The position numbers and the translations under genes are program-made. Positions 39,886-51,221 of a stretch of 64,000 nt of DNA are shown here, piece by piece; the stretch's first letter is position 1; each line of letters begins with the position of its first letter. The notes beneath the pieces were generated by a model. That model was not told where the DNA came from and did no database searches. It was given only the letters and a program-made list of their open reading frames with translations. The DNA lies in contig NC_090404.1 of the NCBI RefSeq assembly GCF_036365525.1, positions 37,133,497 to 37,197,496 on the forward strand, written 5' to 3'. Source of the DNA: Heterodontus francisci. Lineage: Eukaryota.

Positions 39886-40746
39886 TGAATTGGGCCGATC
39901 GTGTTTGATGACTCCCTAGAATTGTTGTCCAAATAGTCGTATTTCCCTGGCTCTTACCCATGTCGTTTTAAATAAAATATTTAAAAGAAAGAATCGTTTG
40001 CTGTTTTATTTCGGTTTTCTGATCATATCTGTCTCTTTAATTTAGTAGCAGTTCTCTCTCAATGTCTATCCCTCTCTCACTCACTGTTCTTACTTTCTCT
40101 GTCCCACTCTCACCTATTTCATTTTATTTACACAATTATGTACCGAATGCAGCAGCAGATATAATAAATCCTCAGAAATGTAACGAGTAACTGAACCGTA
40201 CTGTGAAATTTGATCCATTATTTTCTAAAGATACGCTTTTGATCTGTATTTCTGTCCTGTTTCACCTGGATTGATTTGGTGAATTAATTAAATGGGATGT
40301 GAGACGATCTTTGTAAATTATTCCTAATATCGTAAAAGATTATGTTCGATGCATTACATTGACCACGGCATCATATTCATGTCAAGTTAGTGTCTTTTGC
40401 AATACTAGCCTGACAGTGAGCACCATCCAGTACTTCAGTCATTGCCGCTGAAATAGGGAATGATGTAACACAGAAGGAGGTCATTCGGTCGATCGTGCCT
40501 GTGCTGGCTCTTTGAAAGAACAGCTTCAGGTAGCTCGGACGTTGCTGCTGAAACATTCCCAACAACTTTTACTATAGAATTCCAGTACACCATGAATTGG
40601 TACAGATGTCATTCACTGGACCAGTTCAGGAATGTTTAATCCTCATCGATAAATGGTCACAATAACATCGCAACTAATCCAATTTTGATACAGAAAGTGG
40701 GAATACTTCACTCGTGCAAGCTTCTGAATTAGTTTCATTTCCTCAC

Positions 40747-41061
40747 CTGATTTTGATCTAATGTCTTTCCGCTGTACACTGTTGGTTGCAGAATGGGATA
40801 CTTGGCAGCTGTACACAGAACCGCTACTCCATTCCTGCAGGGGCACTTTAAGGATGCTTCTGGAGCTAAAATCTCCATTCGATGTTTTAGTTGGGGATGT
40901 GGTGGTAAAGCCAGACTGTATGGAGTTTCCATCCTTCTCCCAGCTCACTGTAATGCTTTCTGGGTTGTATTCACTGATGAGGCAAAACAGTTGTACCAAC
41001 CCCTTTATTCTCAGTTCGTCAGTTGCAGAGTAGAGGAGACTGATGGTTGGTGGAGCAGGTC
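40747..41061 (-). CDS. IgNAR: IgNAR C1 exon
   Basis: 315 nt, open: (G)PAPPTISLLYSATDELRIKGLVQLFCLISEYNPESITVSWEK...EWSSGSVYSCQVSHSATNSVQRKDIRSKS; AG/GT boundaries, phase 1. Confidence 0.95.
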
Positions 41062-42009
41062 CTAGAATTACAAGGATATTTTACTCCCTTCTATAATTAT
41101 GAAAAGACCATTTCCCTCATGTCCCGGCCGGCATTTATCCTTCAACCAACACCTAAAACTGATGATCTCATCATTATCACATTGCTATTTGTGGGATCTT
41201 GCTGTGCGCGTTTCATACATTCCAATAGTGACTACTCTTCAAAAAGCGTTTGGACGTACTGAGGACGTGAAAGATCCGATAGAAATTCAAGCCTTCATTT
41301 ATTTATTGAAATCACGGTCTCTGGTTAATTGTCATTTGTTTTATTTTCCTTAGTATTGCTGTGAAATATTTTCAATATTAGAGGCCAGCTATTGATTCTT
41401 AAGATAATATGATTGGCTCACAACCACTGCCTGAGCAAAGTTTAATACTAATAGATGGCATATAAGAAATTACTTCTTTTTTTTTTTTAAACTGCTTCTG
41501 AAATGTCACTGATCCATTTACATTCAATATCACAATATATTGCTGTTCTATGAGTTGTGTTATATAGGGATTGCTTGTTTGTGAAGACATATTACGGGAT
41601 AGGACAAGTCCAAGGCCCCAGTCTGATAAAGGAGGTTTCCAGGGGCAGTTGCTAATTATCCAATGCCTCTGTGTTTATCACATTGCAATTTTCTGTTGGT
41701 GTGTGGCTGTGTCTATTGAAATTGGTAAGAAATGTAGGGATATCACAGTGGGCGTGTTGGGAGAAAGAAGTTTAGATATTGAATGAACGTTCATTTCTTT
41801 TTATAAGTTGTTAATTTCTGAATAAAGAATGATCAATGCGCTGGGGCAAAATTATCCTCACCCTTGATGTGGATGCAGTGATGGTCAGATATTGAATGTA
41901 TATCCTTTATTATTTCCCCCATTCCTCCTCGTATTTCTTATCTACATGCAGCCCTTCAGCGACACAATAGTTTTTACATGTGTGCTAACAATACCCAGCT
42001 CCCCCTCAC

Positions 42010-42920
42010 CACCACTTCTCTTGACTCCTTCACTGTCTCTAAATTGTCAGACTGTTAGTTCAACATCCAATAGTAGATGAGCAGAAATTTACTCCAACTA
42101 AATATTGGGAAGACAAAAGCCATTGTCTTCAGTTCCTGCTGTAAAGTCCATTCCCTCGCTACTGACTTCATTTCTCTCTCTTGCAACTGTCTGAAGGTAA
42201 ACCAAGCCGTTTGCCACTTTGGTGTCATATTTGACTAGTAGATCAGCTTCTGACCACATATACGTACTCCCCATCACTAAAACCGCCTATTTTCACCTCC
42301 ATAATGTGACATGACTTCGCCCCTGCCTCAGCTCTTCTGCTGCTGAAAACGTCTTTCATGCCTATGTTACCTTATAGACTCGACCGTTGCAATGCACTCC
42401 TGCCCATCCTCCCTAAAAGTAAGGTCATCCAAAACTCTGCTGACCGTTTCTTAATCACACCAAGTCCTGTTCACACACCATCATTGTGCTGGCTGACCTA
42501 CATTGTGCCTCGATCAACCAACGCTTTGATTTGAAAATTCTCATCACTGCCTTCAAGTCCCTCATGGCCTCGCCCATCCTTACCTCTGTAATCTCCTCCA
42601 GTTCCACAACCCTCCGAGATATCCGCGTTCATCTAATTCTGGCCTCTTGAGCAGCGCCGATCTTAATTGTTCCACAGTTGGTGTCCATGCCTTCAGCTGC
42701 CTTTCTGAAATCCCTCCTAATTTTCTCTGCCTCTTTATCTCTCTTTATTTCTTTCAGATACTCCTTAAAACCTTTCTCCTTGACCAAGCTTTTGGCCATG
42801 CACTGTAATATAACCTTATGTGGGTCGTTATCAAATTTTGTTTTATAACGTTTTTGTGAGGTGCCTTGTACATTCTATTACATTAAAAAGCGCGATATAA
42901 ATGCAAGTTGATGTTGTTGT
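42010..42920 (+). mobile_element. Degenerate L2-like LINE 3' fragment
   Basis: L2-type C-terminal similarity and tail ..atataaatgcaagttgatgttgttgttg. Confidence 0.65.
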
Positions 42921-43009
42921 TGTTTGGTACCAATCATCTGTTTTGATTTGTGTGGTTATGGAGCAAATTGATTTCTTAACTTTACAGGGAATTGTTTTTG
43001 AAACAGAAC

Positions 43010-43165
43010 GGGTGGCACAGCGGCTCAATGGTTAGCATCGCAGCCTCACAGCTCCAGCGACCTGGGTTTAGTTCTGGGTACTGTCTGGGTGCAGTTTACA
43101 AGTTCTCCCTGTGACCGTGTGGGTTTCTGTTGGGTGTTCCGGTTTCCTCAAACAGCCAAAGACTG
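43010..43165 (+). mobile_element. tRNA-derived SINE head (HE1-like), cut by a Penelope tail
   Basis: gggtggcacagcggctcaatggttagc...ctgggtt..; homologous to the minus copy at 48270-48614. Confidence 0.75.
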
Positions 43166-43282
43166 GGTTCCGAAGAAGGGTCACTGACCCGAAACGTTAA
43201 CTCAGCTTCTTTCTCCACAGATGCTGCCAGACCTGCTGAGTATTTCCAGCATTTCTTGTTTTTATTTCAGATTTCCAGCATC
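43166..43282 (+). mobile_element. Penelope 3'-end fragment beginning at hammerhead-like motif
   Basis: Near-identical to 4517-4650 apart from a short deletion. Confidence 0.85.
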
Positions 43283-43329
43283 CACAGTATTTTGCTCTCA
43301 TAATTTGAATGTCTGTTATAATTTATTCT

Positions 43330-43850
43330 CATGAAAAGTTCCCAGATTTCACTTGCTCCCAAACTGACTTCAGTCTTTTGCCGTCACTGTCTCAGATGGA
43401 ACCAGTCTGTTCTTAACCTGGATGTCAGATTTGACCCTGAGATAAACTTCTGATCCCATATCCTCGTCACTGCAAACGCCGTTTACGTCCACATCTGTAA
43501 GATTTCCTGCCTCGGCCCCTGCCTCCGCCTATCTGCAGCCTCGCCTATTCCAATCTCTCCAAGCCGGCCTCCCACCTTTCATCCTCCATAAAATTGAGCT
43601 GATCCAAAATTCTGTTGCCTGCATACTAACTCGCACCAAGTCCTGTTCATGCCTCACTCCTGTGCTTGGTGACATACATTTGCTTCCAGTTGTACAACAC
43701 CTCGAATTTAAAATGATCATCCTTGTGGTCAAATTCTCATGTCTGTCTCTGAAACCTTCTCCAACATTAAAACCCTCCGCGATCTCTGTCCTTCTCCAAT
43801 CCTGGTCTCTTACCCATCTCTGATTTCCATCGTCCCACCATTGGCAGCCA
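43330..43850 (+). mobile_element. Degenerate L2-like fragment
   Basis: Homologous to 42100-42680. Confidence 0.6.
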
Positions 43851-43889
43851 GATAAGAAGCAACATTATAAAACTTAGAGCATCTGTAAT

Positions 43890-45900
43890 CATAGAGTCAC
43901 TAAATGATACAACAGAGAAGGAGGTCATTCCATGATAGTGCCTGTGCCTGGCTCTTTGAAGGAACTATCCAATTCGTCCTACTCTCTGCTTTTCCTCCAC
44001 AGCTCTGCAATTTTCTCCCTTTACGTTTTTATCCAATTTACCTTTGGAAGTTACAATTGAATCAGCTGCCACTAGGCTTTCAGGCAGTGCATTTCAGATC
44101 GTAACAACTCAATACATAAAAAGCTCTCTATCTCTCCTCCAGTTCCTTTTCTTCACTCTGTGTCCACATGTTCCTGACGTCTCTGACACTGAAAACGGTT
44201 TGCCCTGAACTCTTCTATCAAAACACTTCGGGATTTTAGCAGCTCCATTACATCTTGCCTTAACATGCCCTGCTCCGAGAGGAACAATCCCAGTTTCAAT
44301 AAAGCTTTCTCAGAACTAACATCACTGGTTCCATTGTTGTAAATTTCCTCTGCACCCTTCCTAAGGGTTTAATTTCCTTCCTTAAGTGCGGTTCATAAAA
44401 TGGTCACAAAATTCCAGTTGGGGCCTAACCATTGACTTTTCAGATCCAGCATATCTTCCATGCATTTGTAATCTCTGTCTCTGATGATAAATGCCACCTT
44501 CAACTATTTGTGTCCATGCAGACCCAGGTCTCTCCGTTCCTGCACCCCCTAAAAATTGCATCATTTAGTTTATATTGTCTCTCCTCATTCTTTCTACCAA
44601 AATGCAGCACTTAACACGTCTCATCATTCAATTGTACCTTCCATGTGTCTGCCTATTTGATCAATCAGTCCATATTTTCTTCGCAGTTTACGAAAATAAC
44701 AAGTTTCATGTCATCTCCAAACTTTGAAATTAGCCCTGTATCCTCTAGTCCAGGTCATTAATTTATATACAAAAGAGCAGTAGTATTAATAATGCTGGGT
44801 GGCACCACTGTATGCGAGTTCCCAGTTCGAAAGATAATTGTATACCACTACTCCCCGCTTTGTGTTTCTTGGTTAATCTCGTACCAATGCAGTCGCTGCC
44901 CCCAAAATCACATGGACTTAAAATTTGTTAACAAGTCTATTGTGTGGTACTTTATCAAAACAACTATTGAATTTCAATTTACATCAACATCATTCACACT
45001 CCCCTCATCAACATTTTCCAATACACCATCAATGAACTAAAACAAATTAGCTAAGCACGATTTTTCTTTAACAAATCTGAGATGCTGTCAAGAATTAACC
45101 CTTATTTTCCCAAGTGTCAACTTATTTTGCCTCACATTATTGCCTCTACCAATTTCTCAATCACCTACATTCGGATGACTGGCTGCAGTCGTTGGGTTTA
45201 TAACTCTTCACATTTTGGACAAAGGTCTAACATTTTATGTTCTCCAGTCCTATGGGACCATTCCAATATCTGAGGAGGAATGGAATATTGCAGTCAGAAC
45301 CTCAGCTATGCCCACCCTTACTTCCCTGAACAAGTTTGGATGCATTCCATCCGTCCAGGTGACTTTTTACTTGAAGCTTTGCCAACCTTTGAATTATCAC
45401 ATCTTTATCTATTTTAACCTATTTTCTCCACTACATCCTCATTTGCTGTGACATTGGCAGCATCCTCATTTTCAGTAAAGATAAATGGCAACTATTTATT
45501 TAGTACCTCAGCCAAGCCCTCGAACTCCACAAAAATATAAGTTTTGGTCCCTAATCAGTTCCACCCTTCATTTGACAATCATTTTACTATTCATAAGTTT
45601 ATAAAAGACTTTTGAGTTCCCTTTTATTTTAGCTGTTAATCTTATACTCTTTCTTTTCACCTCCATTCCCTTTTTCAGTTCCCCCTGCACTTCCTATACT
45701 CAGCTTGCTTCTCTACTGAATTATCATAAGCTTCCGGTTTTGTATCATTTCAATGCTATAGCTTTACTCTTTCATGGAGCTCTATCTTTGGATGCTCTTC
45801 CCTTGCCTCTCTTGGAAATGCACCAACCCTATTGCCGAAACATCTCATCTTTGAAGACTTCCTGTTATGCTTACTGTTTTACCTACCAATATTTGATTAC
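43890..45900 (-). mobile_element. Old CR1 LINE
   Basis: Minus-strand RPQLEFC and other RT remnants; CR1 tail at left end. Confidence 0.7.
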
Positions 45901-48175
45901 AATCCAATATCTACTTCTGTTCAAGCTAATCTCCAATACTAATCATTAGATTTTCGGAATCCTCACATCTAACGTTCAGTCATTGCAAGCTTGCAGGTTA
46001 TCGACAAAGACAATGATGCAAGGTATACATAGTACAACAGGATGGTTCAGAACGAACCAATATGGAGAAACGTGACCGAGAAGAGTGGCCATTTATGAAT
46101 TATTAATTCATTCATCAGCAGTAAATCAGAATCCTCTGTCAAATGAGGAAAACATTATAAAATTACAAAGTGTTAATTTGATGTCACTTCTGACCGTTTC
46201 AGTGAATATACTAGGAATAATGTAAAAGCAAGGTTGGAACTGAGAATCTCTTTATTACGCTAGTTTGGGATTGTTTCTTCTCAATATAAATGTGACACAC
46301 TGTTAAACAAACTGTTTAGGTTAGATTTAGCTCTGTTAATTGGCCCTGTCGTTAACTCTGTTCCCTAACCACTGGTTCTATCGGCCTACCTGACCACTGT
46401 CTTCGGCACAAGCAGACTGTTCACAGTCTCTACATCCTCTTCATACCAGAGCCTCATATCCTTGCACCCCATATTCTCTCAACACAATGAACGCCCACTT
46501 CAGTCTCTAACATCACCTGCCCGCAATATTACCTCAGACAATTTGCAACTGATCCCTTCCTGCATGCCTTTATCAGCTTTATTTCCTGCAATGCAGAAAC
46601 ATCAGTTTACCCAACAGTCGCCAGCTGCACCAAGTTCCAATCAACAATCAGTCCTGTCCTCGCTGATATTTATTACTTCCCTATGTTTCCAATTTAAAAT
46701 TCTTCTACTTGTCTTCATCTCGCTTTTTCCTACTTCTAGATCCTCCCTCAGTACTGAACCCTGTGTCTCTAATTAAATTAAAGGCACGACATAAATGCAA
46801 GTCGTTATTGCTGATTTGAGGGATCTGTTTATAATTTGACTATTGCTGAATAAATATTGTTATAGTTGAGAATTCTAACAATGTGGGTTTCAAGAAATTG
46901 CGAATAAAACTTATTTGTGGAACTATGGGAAATGTTGAAGTGAAAATAAATTGTGAAACTTTCCTCAGAACTGGATCAATGAGAAAAGATGGATTCTACA
47001 TCAGTCTGTTACAGGTGGCCAAGAAATTAAGTATGGGGCATGATTACGATTCGACACTTCTAGCACAGATCTGGAATTTGCACAATCCCAACCCCTTAAG
47101 TTTCAATGGACTGAAAAGCGGGTACTGGGAGTGCGACGTTACCACTCATTTGAATGAAGAAAAGTGAGACACAGAGCAAACTGGTCTGTGGGACAGTGGA
47201 AGGCTGGGACTAGTTCAGTAAAATCACGTGGCTGAATTCGAGGATTTGGCAATCGGTAAAACAAATAGGTTCAAAACATTCCGAAGCACCCAATGGAATT
47301 TACAATATGTGCTGTGAACCAGAGAGATTTGCGCTCTGCTGTGTTAGGGTGAAATATACAAACAAGTAGATATAATTTAAATATTCAAGGCACACAACAT
47401 AGGCAGAGTTGGGCGGGCTTGTTCAGGAGTCGAGAAAATATTGGCAGCGAAAAATAAAATCACAGAAAAATAGATAAATCTCCAATCATATATGATTTTC
47501 TTTTACAAAAGACTGGTTGAAAAATATATACATCTTTTTAAAACGATCAAAGAGGAAGTAATGAAAGGACGAAGTGGAAATAAACAAATTAATTAGCTGG
47601 AAAATGACCAACACCAACAATGCAAGTAGTAAATTCTTAATCATTGGGCGAGTTGGAAGATCACATAAAATGATTTGCCTATGATAGTGTGAATGTAAAT
47701 ACCATTGACAGATATTAATACCATTGCTTTCCTCGTTGCATTCAGGCAGAGGAGGCAAAGAATGAAATTAGTTCGAAATATCACCGTTGCTCATCTCAGG
47801 GAACCACATTTAACGCTTGATTTTCCTAAGTTCAATATTCTGCAACCACTTTTAAATAAACAAATTGACCTCTGAATTAATGTAGTGGACAGAATTAGGT
47901 GGTTGGTCCTGGAATATCACATCAGAAAGCTGACATTTTTTTGCTTTTTATTTAAACTGGGAGGTATCAATTGATTTGGGAGGTAATTCCATTGAGGAAC
48001 AACATGTATCGAGGTGTGAAATGGAACCAATCGGCTATTCTCAACATCCACTCTCCTGCCTTCTTAGAGAGATTTTCCTTTTGATAAGCGACATGTTCTA
48101 TCTCTGCGATGAAAGCTGCACCTTAGCAATGTTTCTAGTCTAATCTGTATCTCACTGTTCACCTTCAAATACAAT

Positions 48176-48706
48176 GGGCTAGAAATTCTTCTCAGGCGAT
48201 GGCACAGAACAGGCCTTATCGGATCAGGCGCCTGTTATAGGCAGTGCCTGATATTCAGTTCCATTGTCAGTTAGTTAGAGATACAGCACTGAAACAGGCC
48301 CTTCTGCCCACCGAGTCTGTGCCGACCATCAACCGCCCATTTATACTAATCCTACACGAATTCCATATTCCTCCCACATCCCCACCTGTCACTATATTTC
48401 CCTACCACCTACCTATATTAGGAGCAACTTTTAATGGCCCATTTACCTATCAACCTGCAAGTCTTTGGCATGTGGGAGGAAACTGGAGCACCCGGAGAAA
48501 ACCCACACAGACACCGGGAGAACTTGCAAACTCCACACAGGCAGCACCCAGAATTGAACCCGTGTCGCTGGAGCTGTGAGGCTGTGGTGCTAACCACTGC
48601 ACCACTGTACCGCCCCAACGGAATTTAATATTAAGCGCTGCATAGAACGGGCAGCCGATCTGATCCCACCCGTTTTACATCACTGCCCAAGATGAATATC
48701 GAGCAC
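48176..48706. mobile_element. Palindromic MITE-like element (arms 48176-48266 and 48616-48706) with a SINE inserted at its centre
   Basis: Arms are imperfect reverse complements over ~90 nt. Confidence 0.7.
48270..48614 (-). mobile_element. Full-length tRNA-derived SINE (HE1-like) with CR1-type tail
   Basis: Minus strand starts gggcggtacagtggtgcagtggttagc (A box) ..gggttcaattc (B box); ends in CR1-like tail. Confidence 0.85.
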
Positions 48707-48986
48707 TCAGATTCCAAATAAATAGACTGCTTCCTCAAATTTAAAATAAGTAAGTAAATCAAGACGTCATTATTCTCCTTAAAGCAGTAAATAAAGAGAC
48801 CGCTTATTTCATTTCCAAACACATACTTTAAAAGAGAACCTACTTTTTACACTGTAACTTACTGTAGTTTCAAAGTTCTCTGCTGTTCGGCGCAGTCTTA
48901 TGCACAGAGCCCTCCTATTAGCTGAAACATGGGTGACCAGGGATATGGTTTCCATGTACACAGGATTCCAACAGAATAACAGTCTA

Positions 48987-49255
48987 GGGGGTGAAATTGG
49001 TCTAGTAGCGCAACAGCAGCTCATCGTGAATCGGCAGTTGGTTTTTCACCAGGTCTCATGGACTTTCCACTGTGGTTCACAGTTCAAGCTCTTTTGGAAG
49101 CTCGATAGTTTCATTGATACTTTTACTTAGTTTGAAATTAAAACCTTGGCAACGTTTTCCAAGTCAATGAGTAAAAATAGCTGCCGCCTTGTTTAACAGG
49201 CTGTCCATTCACTATCCCCCATTTTGCGCTACAGGATGAGACCAATTTCGTCCCG
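48987..49255. mobile_element. MITE-like element with terminal inverted repeats
   Basis: GGGGTGAAATTGGTCT..GTAGCGCAA / TTGCGCTAC..AGACCAATTTCGTCCC, flanked by TA. Confidence 0.6.
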
Positions 49256-49841
49256 ATAATGGGTCAGTTTCTAGGTCGCTGACATGTGCGCCTTTAATCC
49301 AGAGTCACAAATGTCAGAATTCGTACTTGCAGGTTGTGTGCCGATATTAACTGAACAGATACTCTTTTATACAAAAAGGTTTTTAGAAGCGGCACAGAAT
49401 TCGTAAACAGCAGTTTATACAATTTCATCCACTCCTTGCTTGGAGAAAATTTCTCTCGCCCCAGAATTGCATTAATTTATGAATCAGAAATAGTTTACAT
49501 TAAGGATATACAGGGACAGCTCTGTAAGGAAGTAACTTCAGAAGACTCGGTCAGTTTTATCTGTTAAAACTAACATCATCTATTCAGATCAGCATTTAAA
49601 GTCATACATGAGAGGTAAATTACAGAATTAAATCCATGTTCAATTTATTCTTGGGTAAAATCGCTTTTGAAAAATATATTCTAAGTTTAAGCCAAATAAA
49701 CTGATAGCTAACCTAACCGAGTCATTTGAAAAACTGCAGCTATTGCGTTTGTTGTTCAGGCGATTTTGAACGAGAGCACTGATTTTTCTTACCCTCTATC
49801 GAAAAGATTTTAGTGATAAAGTAGCAAGAGAGGTGACTTAC

Positions 49842-49894
49842 CAGAGTTCACAGTCAGCACGGTGCCAGCTCCGTCGTAGTAGTAACTGTAGCTA
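49842..49894 (-). CDS. IgNAR: IgNAR J segment (SYSYYYDGAGTVLTVNS + 1 nt)
   Basis: VNAR FR4 motif DGAGTVLTVN; phase-1 donor G|GTAAGT; abuts RSS. Confidence 0.95.
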
Positions 49895-49933
49895 CACAGT
49901 CAGTCAGCTCCCAGTCAGCCCAGTTCAAAAAGG
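49895..49933 (+). other. J 5' RSS, 23-nt spacer
   Basis: CACAGTC (49895-49901), 23 nt, TCAAAAAGG (49925-49933). Confidence 0.88.
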
Positions 49934-50246
49934 GTCAATGAAACAAAGGTCCGTTAATAAATATAACAAAGTAACACTGATCAAAAGGATCATTCGAATA
50001 TATTAGTGATTAATAAATCTTCATTTTCCTGTCAGTTGCTATCCATCCAGCTATTTTCTATGTACAATGTGAACTCCTGTAGCTCTGAAAAAAACAATCC
50101 GCTGATTTAACATCGGAGAATGAGGATAGATTTCAAACAAAGGTCGACCTAAAATTGATTTCAAACTCTGTGTAGTAACAACGATGAGGAAGAAATCGCA
50201 TTATGCAGCCACATTCACTAATAGTCAAAGAAATAACTGTTTGAGA

Positions 50247-50314
50247 GGTTTGTGCTGTTGCCTGAATCACTGTGTCAGAGCAGCCACACATCATTTCACA
50301 CCAGCACAAGAAAT
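50247..50314 (-). other. IgNAR: D3 segment (coding ~50275-50286, TGGCTGCTCTGA) with 12-RSS on both sides
   Basis: 3' RSS CACAGTG-12-GCACAAACC (50274-50247); 5' RSS non-consensus CACATCA-12-ACAAGAAAT (50287-50314). Confidence 0.82.
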
Positions 50315-50641
50315 CCAATGTTGCATACATCACAGAAAATCCTTCAGATATTCCAAGATATTGATTGAAAGATGCAGTAAATATGATTCAAATCATTGCC
50401 TCTATATTGGAATCCCATTAGACGTTTATAATTCTCAGCCACTCATACAAATCCTGGAGAAACATCAATGCTCTATTATGAATATGATGATAACAATTAC
50501 AAAATAATCACCTCAATGAATAAAGAAAAGGCTTTAATATACAAGCCAGTGTCTGACAGAGACAAGGGATATTTAACCATGAGGTTTCTTGGCCATTCAG
50601 AGGTTAATTTGCATTTTCTTCTTAATAAGAAGAGTGGGGAC

Positions 50642-50722
50642 AGTTTATGTATTGCAGGAGTTCAAGATTCATTACTGTGGTGTATACGAAGTCACACAGT
50701 CACGGAGATCAGTGCAAAAAGG
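50642..50722 (-). other. IgNAR: D2 segment (coding 50680-50694, TGACTTCGTATACAC) with 5' 12-RSS and 3' 22-RSS
   Basis: CACAGTC-12-GCAAAAAGG (50695-50722) and CACAGTA-22-ACATAAACT (50679-50642). Confidence 0.9.
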
Positions 50723-50911
50723 TCTCATGTACATCAATACAAGTGACTCAGGTCGAGACGCATGCTGCAATCCGGATTCCCGAAATAATACATTTTGCCA
50801 AGGTTTACTGAGAATGAAGAGTGTTATCCCTCCAAAATACTGAGTATCTACTCTTCATACTTCAGCATCAGAGAAATATTGCCCTTGTTCCAATGAAAAT
50901 AGTGGGTTCAT

Positions 50912-50994
50912 AGTTTGTGTATTACAGGAACCAGCTCTTCGATTGCTGTGGCTACTGTAGTATCTACACAGTGGTACAGCCCAGTGCAAAAACA
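50912..50994 (-). other. IgNAR: D1 segment (coding 50951-50966, TAGATACTACAGTAGC) with 5' 12-RSS and 3' 23-RSS
   Basis: CACAGTG-12-GCAAAAACA (50967-50994, read on +) and CACAGCA-23-ACACAAACT (50950-50912, read on -). Confidence 0.92.
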
Positions 50995-51183
50995 GGTTTA
51001 CTTGCATAAATGTAAGTTCAACAGCGGCTCTGCATATCCAACTGTCCCGTTTGGGGGTCTTTGCTGCGCGGTCTGTCAACTGCTATTTGCAAATTATCTC
51101 CAGTCTCAGAATCAATGCTGCAAATTAAGTTTCAGTGAAAAGAGCGAAACAATTCGTATTTTCTTCCCTAGGAGATTGGAAAA

Positions 51184-51221
51184 TGTTTTTGTATTGGTGA
51201 AAGCTCAGACACATTACAGTG
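51184..51221 (-). other. V 3' RSS, 22-nt spacer (23 class)
   Basis: Heptamer CACTGTA (51221-51215), 22 nt, nonamer ACAAAAACA (51192-51184). Confidence 0.9.

Noticed and set aside
39473-39961. 162-aa Ser/Leu-rich minus ORF
   Set aside because: By-product of the GA/TC low-complexity tract
41062-49841. Intronic Emu-like enhancer or switch region in the J-C1 intron
   Set aside because: Found only scattered E-boxes; no perfect octamer cluster or tandem AGCT repeats seen
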